This document shows positions 36,600 through 47,593 of a DNA stretch of 64,000 bases, piece by piece (within the stretch, counting starts at the first letter, position 1; each line of letters begins with the position of its first letter). Below the pieces are notes generated by a model. That model saw nothing but the letters and a program-made list of their open reading frames with translations, was not told the origin of the DNA and searched no databases. A program made the position numbers and the translations under genes. The DNA is from an uncultured delta proteobacterium (GTDB lineage Bacteria; Desulfobacterota; Binatia; UBA9968): the NCBI GenBank assembly GCA_963804165.1, contig CAWDPO010000008.1:61067-125066 (forward strand), read 5' to 3'.

Positions 36600-37721
36600 A
36601 TGGCTTGGTATCTGCACATCGACATGGATGCGTTCTACGCGTCCGTCGAACAGGTGCTCGATCCAAGTCTGAAAGGCAAACCGGTGATCGTCGGCGGCCG
36701 CAACGGACGCGGCGTTGTCACGTCGGCTTCTTACGAAGCGCGAAAATTCGGCGTGCATTCCGCGATGCCGGGCTTCCAAGCGAGAAAACTTTGCCCGCAA
36801 GGTATCTTTGTACCGAACCGCCGCCGCGTTTATTCTGAATTTTCTCACAAAGTCTTCGCTATCTTGGAGCAATACTCGCCTGAGGTTCACGCGCTTTCCA
36901 TCGACGAAGGACTCGTCGATCTTACCGGCACCGACAGGCTCCTTGGACCGCCGTTGAAAAGCGCCGACGCGATCATTCGCCGCATCGAAACCGAGCTGGG
37001 TTTGCCGTCATCTGCCGGACTGTCAAGCAGCAAAGTAACGGCGAAAATCGCCGCCACGTTGGCCAAACCGCGCGGACTTATTTACGTGCCGGCCGGTTCG
37101 GAAAAAGATTTTCTTGGGCCGCTGGCCGTGGAAATGATTCCCGGCATCGGACCGAAAACCTATAAGGCACTAAATCAGAGGGGCATCAAGACTATCGAAG
37201 ACCTATTGGCGCGTGCCGAATTGTCTGAACGCTATTTGGACCTCGTCGCATCGACGGAGCATCGCCATCACCATGATCACTCGATCGGCAACGAAACCAC
37301 GCTCGATCAACCGGTCAAAGAAATCGCGCAAATGGAAAAAATCCTCTGGGAGTTGGTCGAAGAAGTCGGCGGTAGACTGCGCCGCGATGAGTTTTACGCG
37401 CGCTGTCTAACCGTAAAGATCCGTTACAGTAATTTCCAGACCATCACGCGCTCGCGCACACTACCGTCGCCGACTTGCTTCGACAAAGAAATTTTCGAGA
37501 TCGTGAGCGCGCTATTGCGTGAAAACGTCATCCGCGGAAGAGCGGTGCGTCTGCTCGGGGTGAGCGCCAGCGCGCTGCAAAGGTCCGGTTGGCAAGAACC
37601 GTTGCTAGACCGCGACAAGCGCAAATCCTTCGAGCAGCTTTACAAGGGCATCGACGATTTGCGCCGCAAGTACGGCGAAGAAGCGATCGGCGCGGCCACA
37701 CCGCGCAACCGCGCCGGTTGA
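36600..37721 (+). CDS. dinB: DNA polymerase IV (Y-family)
   Basis: HIDMDAFYASVEQ, SIDEGLVD and a little-finger region. 373 aa. Confidence 0.9.
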   Translation: MAWYLHIDMDAFYASVEQVLDPSLKGKPVIVGGRNGRGVVTSASYEARKFGVHSAMPGFQARKLCPQGIFVPNRRRVYSEFSHKVFAILEQYSPEVHALSIDEGLVDLTGTDRLLGPPLKSADAIIRRIETELGLPSSAGLSSSKVTAKIAATLAKPRGLIYVPAGSEKDFLGPLAVEMIPGIGPKTYKALNQRGIKTIEDLLARAELSERYLDLVASTEHRHHHDHSIGNETTLDQPVKEIAQMEKILWELVEEVGGRLRRDEFYARCLTVKIRYSNFQTITRSRTLPSPTCFDKEIFEIVSALLRENVIRGRAVRLLGVSASALQRSGWQEPLLDRDKRKSFEQLYKGIDDLRRKYGEEAIGAATPRNRAG

Positions 37722-37763
37722 TTTTGCCGCCAAAGCCCCTTACTGTTTAAAACTCCAAGCATC

Positions 37764-38798
37764 ATGGCCAAGCCAAATCATGCTTTCCTGGCTGCCTGTC
37801 GGCGCGAACATTCTTCCTACACTCCCGTTTGGCTAATGCGCCAAGCCGGGCGCTACATGGAGGAATACCGCAAGCTCCGCGCCCAATACGATTTCCTCGA
37901 ATTGTGCAAGAAACCGGATCTCGCCGCTGAAATCACGATAACCCCGGTAGAACGTCTTGGCGTTGACGCCGCGATACTCTTCGCCGACATCCTACTCGTT
38001 CTCGAACCGATGGGCGTTGGATTGGAATATTCCAAAGGCGATGGCCCGGTCATTCATCATCCGGTGCGTAGTGGCAAAGACGTCGACGGCCTTAAAGAGT
38101 TTTCTCCCGAGAAGGAACTCTCCTTCGTTTACGACGCCGTAAAAAAAATCTGCAAATCCCTCAAAAACAAAGTTCCTCTCATCGGCTTCGCCGGCGCGCC
38201 GTTTACCCTCGCCTCTTATCTGATCGAAGGCGGCGGCTCGCGTAATTACGTGCATACCAAGAAACTGTTCTACAGCACGCCGGAAGCGTGGAAACGGCTG
38301 ATGGAGCGACTCGCCAAAATCGTGACGGAATATTTGAATTGCCAGATCGCCGCCGGCGCTGAGACCGTGCAGCTCTTTGACAGTTGGGCCGGTTGCCTGA
38401 CGCCGACCGATTACGAACAGTTCGTGCTGCCGTACACAAAGTCCGTGATCGACGCGATCACCCCAAGTGTCCCGGTAATCCACTTTAGCACCGGCACCGC
38501 CGGATTATTGAAACAGATCCGCGCCGCCGGCGGCGACGTGATCGGTCTCGACTGGCGCGTGAATCTTGATGACGGATGGGCGGCGGTCGGACATGATGTC
38601 GCGGTGCAAGGTAATCTCGATCCCATCGCGCTGTTCGCGTCACCCAAAGACATCAAAGGGCGCGTCGCCGAAATCTTGCGCCGCGCTAACGGTCGCCCCG
38701 GCCACATTTTTAATTTGGGACATGGAGTTCTTCCCGAGACACCGGTCGATCACGTGATCGCAATGGTCGACGCCGTCCACGAACTGAGCTCGCGATAG
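37764..38798 (+). CDS. hemE: uroporphyrinogen decarboxylase
   Basis: PVWLMRQAGRYMEEYR signature. 344 aa. Confidence 0.9.
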   Translation: MAKPNHAFLAACRREHSSYTPVWLMRQAGRYMEEYRKLRAQYDFLELCKKPDLAAEITITPVERLGVDAAILFADILLVLEPMGVGLEYSKGDGPVIHHPVRSGKDVDGLKEFSPEKELSFVYDAVKKICKSLKNKVPLIGFAGAPFTLASYLIEGGGSRNYVHTKKLFYSTPEAWKRLMERLAKIVTEYLNCQIAAGAETVQLFDSWAGCLTPTDYEQFVLPYTKSVIDAITPSVPVIHFSTGTAGLLKQIRAAGGDVIGLDWRVNLDDGWAAVGHDVAVQGNLDPIALFASPKDIKGRVAEILRRANGRPGHIFNLGHGVLPETPVDHVIAMVDAVHELSSR

Positions 38799-38808
38799 CT
38801 CCTGCAAA

Positions 38809-39753
38809 ATGTCTCATCCGTACGAAGCCGTCCTTTTGATCGCCTTCGGCGGTCCCAGTTCGCCGGCGGAAATTCGCCCGTTTCTTGAGCGCGTTACGAA
38901 AGGCATTGCGCTGCCGCCCGAGCGTCACGAAGAAGTGGCGCATCACTACGAAGCCGTCGGCGGCAAATCGCCGCTCAAAGAAATTACCTTCCGTCAGGCC
39001 GATGCACTTCGAAAGTATTTAGAATCAGCGAGCATAAAACTTCCCGTCTACATTGGCCTGCGCAACAGCAGCCCGTTTTTTACGGACACATTGAGACGAA
39101 TGACGAGCGACGGCGTTACGCGAGCCTTGGGTTTCATTCTTTCTTCACATCGAACCGAAGCAAGCTGGGATCGCTATCAGAAAAATATCGCCGATGCGCA
39201 AGCCGAACTTGGCGTCGAAGCTCCGGCGATAGATTTTTGCGAAGGCTGGCACGACCATCCACTTTTCATTCAAACTTGGTCGAAACTGACTGAAGCTGCA
39301 TTCGGCAAAATTCCACATGATAAAAGAAGTGATACACCCTTGATTTTTACAGCTCATAGTTTGCCCACATCGATGGCTTCACGATCGCCGTACGTCGAGC
39401 AGCTCGAAACCACAGCTCGGTTAATCGCTGAACGGCTGGGTCATCGTCGCTGGTCGCTCGCATATCAAAGCCGCAGCGGTAGACCGAGTGATCCGTGGCT
39501 CGAGCCCGATATTGGCGATGCCATCCGAAAAGTAGCCAACGAAGGTCGCAAGGAAGTCGTCGTCGCTCCGATTGGCTTTGTTTGCGATCACGTCGAAATT
39601 TTGTACGACCTCGACATCGCGGCAAAACAAATCTCAGAAGATCTCGGCGTGGGGTTTCATCGAGCAAACTGCCCAAATGATCATCCGACGTTCATCCGGA
39701 TGATGGCCGACGTGATTGAGCAAAAACTAAAAAGAACCGAAGATCGAGGATAG
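38809..39753 (+). CDS. hemH: ferrochelatase (possibly coproporphyrin ferrochelatase, given the hemE-hemH-hemY order)
   Basis: LLIAFGGPSSPAEIRPFL, FTAHSLP and CDHVEILYDLD motifs. Confidence 0.9.
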   Translation: MSHPYEAVLLIAFGGPSSPAEIRPFLERVTKGIALPPERHEEVAHHYEAVGGKSPLKEITFRQADALRKYLESASIKLPVYIGLRNSSPFFTDTLRRMTSDGVTRALGFILSSHRTEASWDRYQKNIADAQAELGVEAPAIDFCEGWHDHPLFIQTWSKLTEAAFGKIPHDKRSDTPLIFTAHSLPTSMASRSPYVEQLETTARLIAERLGHRRWSLAYQSRSGRPSDPWLEPDIGDAIRKVANEGRKEVVVAPIGFVCDHVEILYDLDIAAKQISEDLGVGFHRANCPNDHPTFIRMMADVIEQKLKRTEDRG

Positions 39754-39809
39754 AAGATGGAGAATCGCGATCCTCGATCATCGATCCTCCATCCTCGACC
39801 TTCTGTCTC

Positions 39810-41241
39810 ATGAACCGGCGCGTCGTCGTCATCGGCGGCGGCGTCGCCGGCCTTGCTGCCGCACACCGCATTGCCGAGCTTGCCAACGAAAGATCTCTCA
39901 GTGTCGAACTCACACTGCTCGAAGCCTCGCAACGGCTTGGCGGCACGATCGCCACGGAAAGAGTCGGCGATTTTCTCGTCGAAGCCGGACCGGACTCATT
40001 CATCACGGAAAAACCCTGGGCACTCCGTCTCTGCGAGCGCATCGGCCTCACATCACGACTTGTCTCAACCCAGTCCGCGTATCAAAAGATCTACATCGTC
40101 CACCGAGGAAAGCTGATCGCGCTGCCCGAAGGTTTTTTTCTCCTCGCACCGACGCGTCTTTGGCCTTTTGTCCGGACGCCGCTTTTCTCATGGTCGGGCA
40201 AACTGCGCATGGCGAGCGAACTTCTGCTTCCGCGCGGTAATATGAATGAGGATGAAACCCTCGGTTCGTTTGTCCGCCGGCGTTTCGGCAGCGAAGCTCT
40301 TGAGCGCGTCGCTCAGCCCCTGGTCGGCGGCATCTATGCTTCCGACCCGGACCAACTGAGTCTCGGCGCGACCATGCCGCGGTTCAAAGAGATGGAATCA
40401 AAGAAGCGCAGCGTCATCTGGGCAATGTGGTCCGAGCAAAGAATTCGCGCCCGCAACCGTGAAGCCGGCAGCGGCGCACGCTGGAGCTTGTTCGTCACGC
40501 TCGCGGGTGGAATGCAGGAATTGGTCGATACCCTCGCCAAGCGTCTTCCCGAACCGACAATCCGTCTCAATTCTCGCGTCACCGGTTTGCTTTGCGACGA
40601 AACCAATAAAACTTGGCGGATCACCATTGGCAACGACGAAACGATGCTTGCCGATGCTGTGATCCTCGCGACGCCCGCGTTTCAAACCGGCGCCATCACT
40701 TCTGCAATTACGAAGGACGCAGCCATCGAACTCAAGAATATCTCTTATGCTTCTACAGCGACCGTGAGTCTCGGCGTACCGTCGCGACGACTTCACCCAG
40801 GCACCGGATAGCTTCGGTTTCGTCGTGCCGGCGATAGAACATCGTAAGGTCATGGCTTGCACCTTCAGCAGTCTGAAATACCCTGGCCGAGCGCCGGAAG
40901 GTCATGTTTTGCTGCGCGCTTTCGTCGGCGGCGCGTTGCAACCGGAATTGTTTGGCGACGACGACGCGGCCATGGGGAATAACGTCCGTGAGGAACTTGC
41001 AAATTTACTTGGCGTCCGCGCCCAACCTATCTTCGCACGCATTAGGCGCCATCCGAATTCAATGCCACAATACCACGTCGGCCATGAAGCTCGCATCAAA
41101 CGAATCGAAGCTTCTTTGCGCCAATTTCCCACGCTCGCCCTCGCCGGCAGCGCCTATCACGGCGTCGGCATTTCCGATTGTGTTCGAAGCGGCGAAGAAG
41201 CCGCGGCAAAACTCATCGCCCAGATCGATTCCGCAACGTAA
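39810..41241 (+). pseudogene. hemY: protoporphyrinogen/coproporphyrinogen III oxidase (HemY/CgoX type), single +1 frame break at ~40776
   Basis: FAD motif VVVIGGGVAGLAAA. ORF 39810-40811 ends artificially. Skipping one g at 40776 gives VSLGYRRDDFTQAPDSFGFVVPAIEHRKVMACTFSS, joining ORF 40825-41241. Confidence 0.85.
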
Positions 41242-41393
41242 ACAGCCTGGTCGGGTTCTTGGCTCGACGCTTTATTCCGAATCACACCACGACGCCCAAT
41301 TACGGTTCAACTCCTTCGGCAATGCGCAGGATAAACGCCGGGAGAAATCTTTTCTTCTTGACGCCTGTATCGAACCCAGATTATGAATCGGTC

Positions 41394-42235
41394 ATGCTCA
41401 TCATCGACTCCCAAGTCCACATTTGGGCGCCCGAGACGGCGGAAAAACCTTATGCCAGAGAAGATGCGTCGCCGCCGCACCGACCTGTGCCGCTCGGCCA
41501 CGAGGAACTCTTGCGTGAGATGGACGGCGCCGGAGTCGCGCGTTGCGTGCTCGTACCGCCGACCTGGGAAGCCGATCGCAACGATACCTCGTTGGAGGCC
41601 GCAAGATTGCACCCCGATCGCTTTCGCGTCATGGGTCGACTCGCGCTGACAAAAGCCGGAAAGCCGCGCGCTCATGGCGACGTGGAAAAATCAGCCGTAT
41701 ATGTTGGGCATCAGGATGGTTTTTAATGCGGGGAAAACGCGACAATGGCTGGACGACGGCACAGTCGGACTGGTTCTGGGACGCCGCCGAACGCTACGAC
41801 GTGCCGGTGATGGCATTCGCGCCAAGTGCCGTGCCCAAGCTCGGTGAGATCGCGGAACGCCACCCGGGACTGCGCATGATCATCGATCACATGGGACTTA
41901 GCTCGGCGCTGCGCGGCAACTCACTCGAACCTTCCGTGGCCAACACCATCAAGCTCGCGCGCTTGGCCAACGTTGCAGTGAAAGTGTCCGCCTTGCCGTG
42001 CTACGTGGATGAACCTTATCCATTTCCGACTCTGCATCCGCTGGTGCGCAGCGTCGTCGACGCTTTCGGCCCGCGACGCTGCTTCTGGGGCACGGATTTG
42101 TCTCATCTCCCCTGTCCGTACAAGCAAGTGGTGACACTGTTCACCGAGGAAATGAAATCGCTTTCGGCGCCCGAATTAGAATGGATCATGGGCCGCGGCA
42201 TAGCGGAATGGCTCGGCTGGCCGCTGCCGGAATAA
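41394..42235 (+). pseudogene. amidohydrolase family 2, two +1 frame breaks (~41655 and 41764)
   Basis: MLIIDSQVHIW start. The middle section KPESRALMATWKNQPYMLGIRMVFN is in a second frame. The C-terminal part DWFWDAAERYDVPVM...FWGTDLSH is in the third frame. Confidence 0.75.
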
Positions 42236-42251
42236 TGAGGAGGCTAAGGTC

Positions 42252-42962
42252 ATGAGAATTATCAATCGTGATTTGAACATAGAAAAAGACGGAATCCCTG
42301 GCTACCTAGCTCATCCCGACCGCAAGGAGCCCGGCCCTGGCGTACTGATCGTGCATCACCATTATGGCGTGACGGGGAACATGAAAGTAAACGTCTGTGA
42401 GTTTGCCAAGCTGGGCTACACGACCATCGTGCCGGATCTCTACAAGATGCTCGGCGAACCGGACGGCGTCCACGAAGCGCAAAAGAAGACCAGCGACGGA
42501 CAATTCGCGGAGATCGTCAACAGCGCGTGGCGTTATTTGACAACAAGGCCCGACGTCGACGGCAAGCGTTGCGCCGTCGTCGGTTATTGCATGGGCGGGC
42601 GCATCGGAATCCACTTCGTGGCCGCCACGCCGAGCGTGCGCGGTTTCATCGGCTACTATCCGTCCGTCCGTGACGAAGAACCGAGCTCCTTAAGACCGCG
42701 CCATCCCAACGACGCGGTGAAAGACTTCAAGTGTCCGTCACAAATTTTCTTCGGCGCCAAGGATCACGTCGCCAGTGTTGCCGTGCAGCAGCGCCTGATG
42801 GCGAGCTTTCAGTCCAACGGCCAACCCTTGGACTGGCACTTCTTCCATCGCGCCGGTCACGGTTTCGCCATGGCCGACGGCGAGTGCTACGATCCGGGGC
42901 TCGCGGAACAGGCGTGGGGTTTAGTGTCGGATTTTCTCGGGAGAGAATTGGGAAACGAATAA
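42252..42962 (+). CDS. dienelactone hydrolase family protein
   Basis: GVLIVHHHYGV, nucleophile elbow GYCMGG, and the C-terminal HGF motif. Confidence 0.8.
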   Translation: MRIINRDLNIEKDGIPGYLAHPDRKEPGPGVLIVHHHYGVTGNMKVNVCEFAKLGYTTIVPDLYKMLGEPDGVHEAQKKTSDGQFAEIVNSAWRYLTTRPDVDGKRCAVVGYCMGGRIGIHFVAATPSVRGFIGYYPSVRDEEPSSLRPRHPNDAVKDFKCPSQIFFGAKDHVASVAVQQRLMASFQSNGQPLDWHFFHRAGHGFAMADGECYDPGLAEQAWGLVSDFLGRELGNE

Positions 42963-43028
42963 ACAATAAGAGCCGAAATTTCGTCGATTGCTGATAGTAA
43001 TGGCGAAACAATAATCTCGAAAATCGGG

Positions 43029-43469
43029 TCACTTGATAGGTACTGGCCTGTTCCACTCTAATTTGCACAGACCATCGACTAACTCAATTTTCGGTGCTGG
43101 GACCTCCCTGCAATCAGATAGAACCTTTCGTGCACTATTGTAATTCTTTGCTTGCTGGTTGTATTCATCGACTAGTACTTTTAATTTAGATTCATTGGTT
43201 TTTGCCACCGAATAAGCCAAATAAGTCGCCGGCCCACCACATGGTTTATGACCGAATGCTATTGATCTACACTGGGAGAGATCTTTGGCTCGGGCGTCGC
43301 CTATTTCTTCTTTAATGATTCGTCCCAGCTCTGTCATTCGGTCCAAATCAAACTGTTGCAACGCGAAAGCCGTCGAGTCAGTGCGGGAGTCAAGGTGAAT
43401 CACCCGCAGTGTAAGCGTTCCAGTCGTAAGTCCTAATAGCAATAGAAAAACAGCAACGATCGTGCGCAT
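43029..43469 (-). CDS. secreted 4-Cys hypothetical protein in a visibly AT-richer patch
   Basis: Signal peptide MRTIVAVFLLLLGLTTG. Four Cys (CRSIAFGHKPCGGP .. C .. C). I recognise no family. The flanking intergenic DNA is also AT-rich. Confidence 0.55.
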   Translation of the reverse strand: MRTIVAVFLLLLGLTTGTLTLRVIHLDSRTDSTAFALQQFDLDRMTELGRIIKEEIGDARAKDLSQCRSIAFGHKPCGGPATYLAYSVAKTNESKLKVLVDEYNQQAKNYNSARKVLSDCREVPAPKIELVDGLCKLEWNRPVPIK

Positions 43470-43593
43470 GGTCAGTTTCTAGCTTTCCACTAGATTGTTT
43501 CCTAGATCAAAAACTTTTTAGCGAATCCACCGCACCAACTTGAATAGCTGCTCAACTGGGACGTAGCTTGAAGTCGAATGGAGTTTCTCCGAT

Positions 43594-44769
43594 TTAGATA
43601 ATCCCCTTCTCTTTAAACTCGACCAGCTTTGCATCGTCATAGCCGAGCGGTTTCAAATACTCCGCGTTATGTTCGCCGAGCTCCGGCGGAGGCTGCGGAT
43701 GGGGATTTTTCGTGTCTCCATATTCGTTTGGAAAGGCCACCGTGCGGATCGTCGGCTTATCCTTACGCTCGATCTTGATCTCCAAGCCCATATGTTTGAT
43801 CTGGGGGTCTTCGAAGACCTCGAGTAAATTGTAAACGGGCGTGTGCGGCACGTCGTTGACTTCCAACTGTTCCAGCCAAACGGCTCGAGGCTTCTCTTTG
43901 AAGAACTCCGCGAAAACTCTGCTCAGTTCGGAATAGTTTTTCCTGCGATTCGGCCTTGTGTTGAAGCGCGGATCGTCGATCACTTCAGGATGACCGGCGG
44001 CCTTACACAATCCTTCCCAGAATTTCTGCGGCGAGGAGAGATGAATCGCGAACGGCAGGCCGTCAGAGCCGCTGAACGCATAAGTCTGTGACTGCATCGG
44101 CCGGGTGTACGGGCCCGGGATTTTGCCCGTCGCAAGCGCGCTAGTCGCCGGGGCGATCAGGAAGGCGAGCGTGGAGCCCGCCATCGTCGTATCGACTTGC
44201 TGACCCTTGCCGGTCTTCGCGCGCGCTGCGAGCGCCCCGAGGACCCCGATACAAGCAAACATGCCGCTCAAGCTGTCCGCATAGTTCGGGCCGATGGGTC
44301 GCGGGTTCTTCGCATCCATCAATAAACTCAACATGCCGCCGAGCCCCTGACCGACGGTGTCGTATGCCGGCCGTTTCACGTACGGTCCACTCGGTCCTGT
44401 ACCGGTGACTGAGAGATAAATCACTCCTGGATTCGTCTTGCTCACGGTGTCGTAGTCGATGCCGAGCTTCTGCATCACGCCTGGGCGATAGTTGTCGAGC
44501 ACCACATCCGCCTTCTTGGCGAGCGCCAGAAAGATTTCTTTTCCCTCCGGCGTCTGTAGATTCAACGTGATGCTTTTCTTACCGCGATTGTACGCCCAAA
44601 AGTTCGGCTGATCACCGCCCAAGTCCCAACCGCGAAACGGGTCGCCGCCCTTGGGGTTTTCGACTTTGATGACTTCCGCGCCCATGTCGGCGAGCAACAT
44701 TGCGCCGTAAGGTCCCGAGATAAAATTCCCCAGCTCCAAAACTTTAATGCCGTCCAGACAACCGTTCAT
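43594..44769 (-). CDS. CoA-transferase family III (CaiB/BaiF-like), intact copy
   Basis: KVLELGNFISGPYGAMLLADMGAEVIKVE N-terminus. 391 aa. Confidence 0.9.
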   Translation of the reverse strand: MNGCLDGIKVLELGNFISGPYGAMLLADMGAEVIKVENPKGGDPFRGWDLGGDQPNFWAYNRGKKSITLNLQTPEGKEIFLALAKKADVVLDNYRPGVMQKLGIDYDTVSKTNPGVIYLSVTGTGPSGPYVKRPAYDTVGQGLGGMLSLLMDAKNPRPIGPNYADSLSGMFACIGVLGALAARAKTGKGQQVDTTMAGSTLAFLIAPATSALATGKIPGPYTRPMQSQTYAFSGSDGLPFAIHLSSPQKFWEGLCKAAGHPEVIDDPRFNTRPNRRKNYSELSRVFAEFFKEKPRAVWLEQLEVNDVPHTPVYNLLEVFEDPQIKHMGLEIKIERKDKPTIRTVAFPNEYGDTKNPHPQPPPELGEHNAEYLKPLGYDDAKLVEFKEKGII

Positions 44770-44831
44770 TTTGCGCTCCCATTTCTACCCTTCCACTTTT
44801 CCCTCGCGGTGTTTGCGCATTCGCGCGATAA

Positions 44832-46009
44832 TCAGATGACGCCCTTCTCTTTAAACTCCGCCATCTTCGCGTCGTCGTAACCGAGCGAATTTAGAAACTC
44901 ACCGTTATGCTCGCCCAACTCCGGCGGCGGTGCCGGGTGGAGAGGCTTGGTTTCGCTGTACTCCAAGGGAAATTTCACCGTGCGGATCGACGGTTTGTTC
45001 TTCCGGTCGATCTTGATTTCCATGCCCATGTGTTTGATCTGCGGGTCTTCGAAGACTTCTGCCAGATTGTATACCGGCGTGTGCGGCACATCCTTGGCTT
45101 CGAGTTGCGCGAGCCAGTAGGCGCGCGGTTTATTGTTGAAAAATCTCCGCGAAGGTCGCGTTCAACTCATCGTAATTTTTCCGTCGATCCGGCCGGGTAT
45201 TGAAGCGCGGATCTTCGATCAGCTCGGGGTGCTCAGCCGCATTGCACAAACCCTCCCAAAATTTTTGCGGCGAAGACAGATGAATCGCGAACGGCAAACC
45301 GTCCGAGCCGGAGAACGCATACGTCTGCGATTGCCGCGGGCGAGTGTACGGACCCGGCGGCCGTCCGTGCGCCAAAGTTTCGGTCGCCGGCGCGATTAAA
45401 AATCCCAGCACCGCTCCGGCCATGGTTGCGTCGACTTGCTGTCCCCTGCCGGTTTTTGTTCTGGCGGCCAGCGCGCCCAAAACGCCGAGCGCCGAGTAGA
45501 GCCCGCTTAAATGGTCGGCGTAGGCCGGCCCGATGGGGCGTGGATTCTTAGGATCCATCAAAACACTCATCATACCGCCCAACCCTTGGCCAACCGTGTC
45601 GTACGCCGGCCGGTTGACGTACGGACCCGTCGGGCCGGTGCCGGTAATCGAGCAGCAGATAATCTGATCGTTAATTTTGCTTAATGTTTCGTAATCGATG
45701 CCGAGTTTTTTCGTCACTCCCGGACGATAGTTTTCGATGACCACGTCGGCGTGTTTGGCAAGCCCGTAAAAAATTTCCTTTCCTTCGGCAGTCTGAAGAT
45801 TTAACGTGATGCTCTTTTTGCCGCGATTGAAAGCCCAGAAATTCGGCTGATCGCCGCCCAAGTCCCAGCCCCGAAACGGATCGCCGCCCTTTGGGATTTT
45901 CGACTTTGATCACTTCTGCTCCCATGTCGGCGAGCAAGCACGCGCCGAACGGCCCGGAAATAAAATTTCCCAACTCCAAAATCTTGATCCCTTCCAAACA
46001 ACCTTTCAT
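44832..46009 (-). pseudogene. CoA-transferase family III, tandem paralog with two +1 frame breaks (~45886 and ~45132)
   Basis: Fragments 45671-46009 (MKGCLEGIKILELGNFISGPFGACLLADMGAEVIKVENPKG), 45130-45861 and 44832-45089 are colinear with, and by eye ~80% identical to, the intact neighbour. Confidence 0.8.
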
Positions 46010-46074
46010 CCTTCTCTCCTACTTTTTGATCTTAATTCTTCCTCACGCCTGTTCCTAACACCTGTCTTGGTTTA

Positions 46075-46170
46075 AACGATTTGAACTGAGCGTAGCCGTT
46101 GAACGTTTTGAACACTCGCGCTCTTGAATATTGCCTTTGCCTGTTGCCTTTTCTGTTGCCTAACGCCTTG
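46075..46170. repeat. intergenic short-repeat patch (TTGAAC units followed by TTGCC units)
   Basis: gatTTGAACtgagcgtagccgTTGAACgtTTTGAAC, then taTTGCCtTTGCCtgTTGCCttttctgTTGCCt. Confidence 0.55.
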
Positions 46171-46219
46171 TTCTTCAGATAATGGAGCTTTCATATATCC
46201 CATTTCCAAGGAGCACAAG

Positions 46220-47591
46220 ATGGCTACGCCGCCACCCGTCACGGATACAATGGTTCGCTTCGTGATCGAAACCGACTTTGCCGTGATATCGGATCAAACC
46301 CGTGCCAACGCGAAAATGCATATCCTCGACACGCTCGGCGTAGCGCTCGCCGGTGTCGAGCAACCGGCGGCAGCGATCGCGCTCGATTACTGCCGTCGCC
46401 TCGGTTCTTCCAATGAAGCATCCGATCTGGGGCACGCGATCAAATGCATCGGTGTCGACGGCGGCATTCGCCAATGGTCTTTTTGCCCACGCGCTCGACT
46501 ATGACGACTGGGAGCCGTTCATCCACGTCGGCCACCCGTCCAGCATGATTATCGGCGCGGCGTTGCCGCTGGCCGAAAGTACCGGGGCGACTGGTAAGGA
46601 ACTGCTAAAGGCTTACGTGCTGGCCATCGAAGTCATCTGCAAGCTCGCCGCCAACGCGCCGAACATGCAAGACCGCGGCTTCCACAGCACGCCGGTCTTT
46701 GGCAGCCTTGGCGCCGCCGTCGCTTGCTCGAGTCTTGTTGAAGTTGGATGCGGCAAAATCAAAGGCCGCTCTGGGTGTTGCTGCATCGGCCGCCGGCGGT
46801 ATCCACCGCCAGCAAGGATCCATGGTGAAGCCGTTTCACGCCGGCAACGCCGCGCGCAACGGCGCCGAAGCAGCGCTGCTCTCAGCGGCAGGTTTCACCG
46901 CCGACGCGGCGATCCTCGAAGCGCCGCGCGGATTTTGCGACACCTTCTTCGGTCCGGGCACCTGCAATTACGAAAAAATGATCGAGAACATCGGCAAGCC
47001 ATACTTTTTGGAATCGCCCGGCTTGGGCCTCAAATGGCACCCATGCAGCGCGCCGCAGTTTCTCGCCGCCGACGCGGCACTCTACTTGAAGCGCGCGCAC
47101 AAGATCGATTTCGCCAATGTTGCGAATATCGAAGTCAGCATTCCTCCCCTGCGTTACCAGCGCCACTACGCTGCCGAAGTCAAAACCGGACTGCGCGGCA
47201 AATTTGCCATCAACTACGTCGTCGCGCATGTGCATCTTCGACGGCAAACTGGAACTGGCGACGTTTACGGACGAGAAAGTCAATCGGCCGCAAGTCCAAG
47301 AAGCGTTGCAAAAAGTTAAAGTAATCTGCGACGAAACCATTCCCGAGCCCGGGCCCTACTGCCCGGTCACCGTCGAACTAAAAGACGGCACGCGCTTGAG
47401 CCACACGGCGAAAATCGCCAAAGGCGATCCGCGCAATCCCATGACGGAAGAACGAAGTCGTGGAAAAGTTTCGCGGCAATGCCAAGTTGGTGATTTCGGA
47501 GAAACAAGCGGAAGAGTTGATTGCGACCGTGCGCAACTTGGAAGCCGTCGACAATGTGAAAGACCTCGTCAGTCTGCTCGCGCCCGCATAG
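46220..47591 (+). pseudogene. MmgE/PrpD family protein (2-methylcitrate dehydratase-like), four +1 frame breaks
   Basis: AAGGAG RBS plus MATPPPVTDTMVRFV. Colinear PrpD-like blocks run through frames 2, 0, 1, 2, 0 (..FANGLFAHALDYDDW.., ..AALGVAASAAGGIHRQQGSMVKPFHAGNAARNG.., ..DGKLELATFTDEK.., ..VVEKFRGNAKLV..LLAPA*). Confidence 0.75.
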
Positions 47592-47593
47592 AA

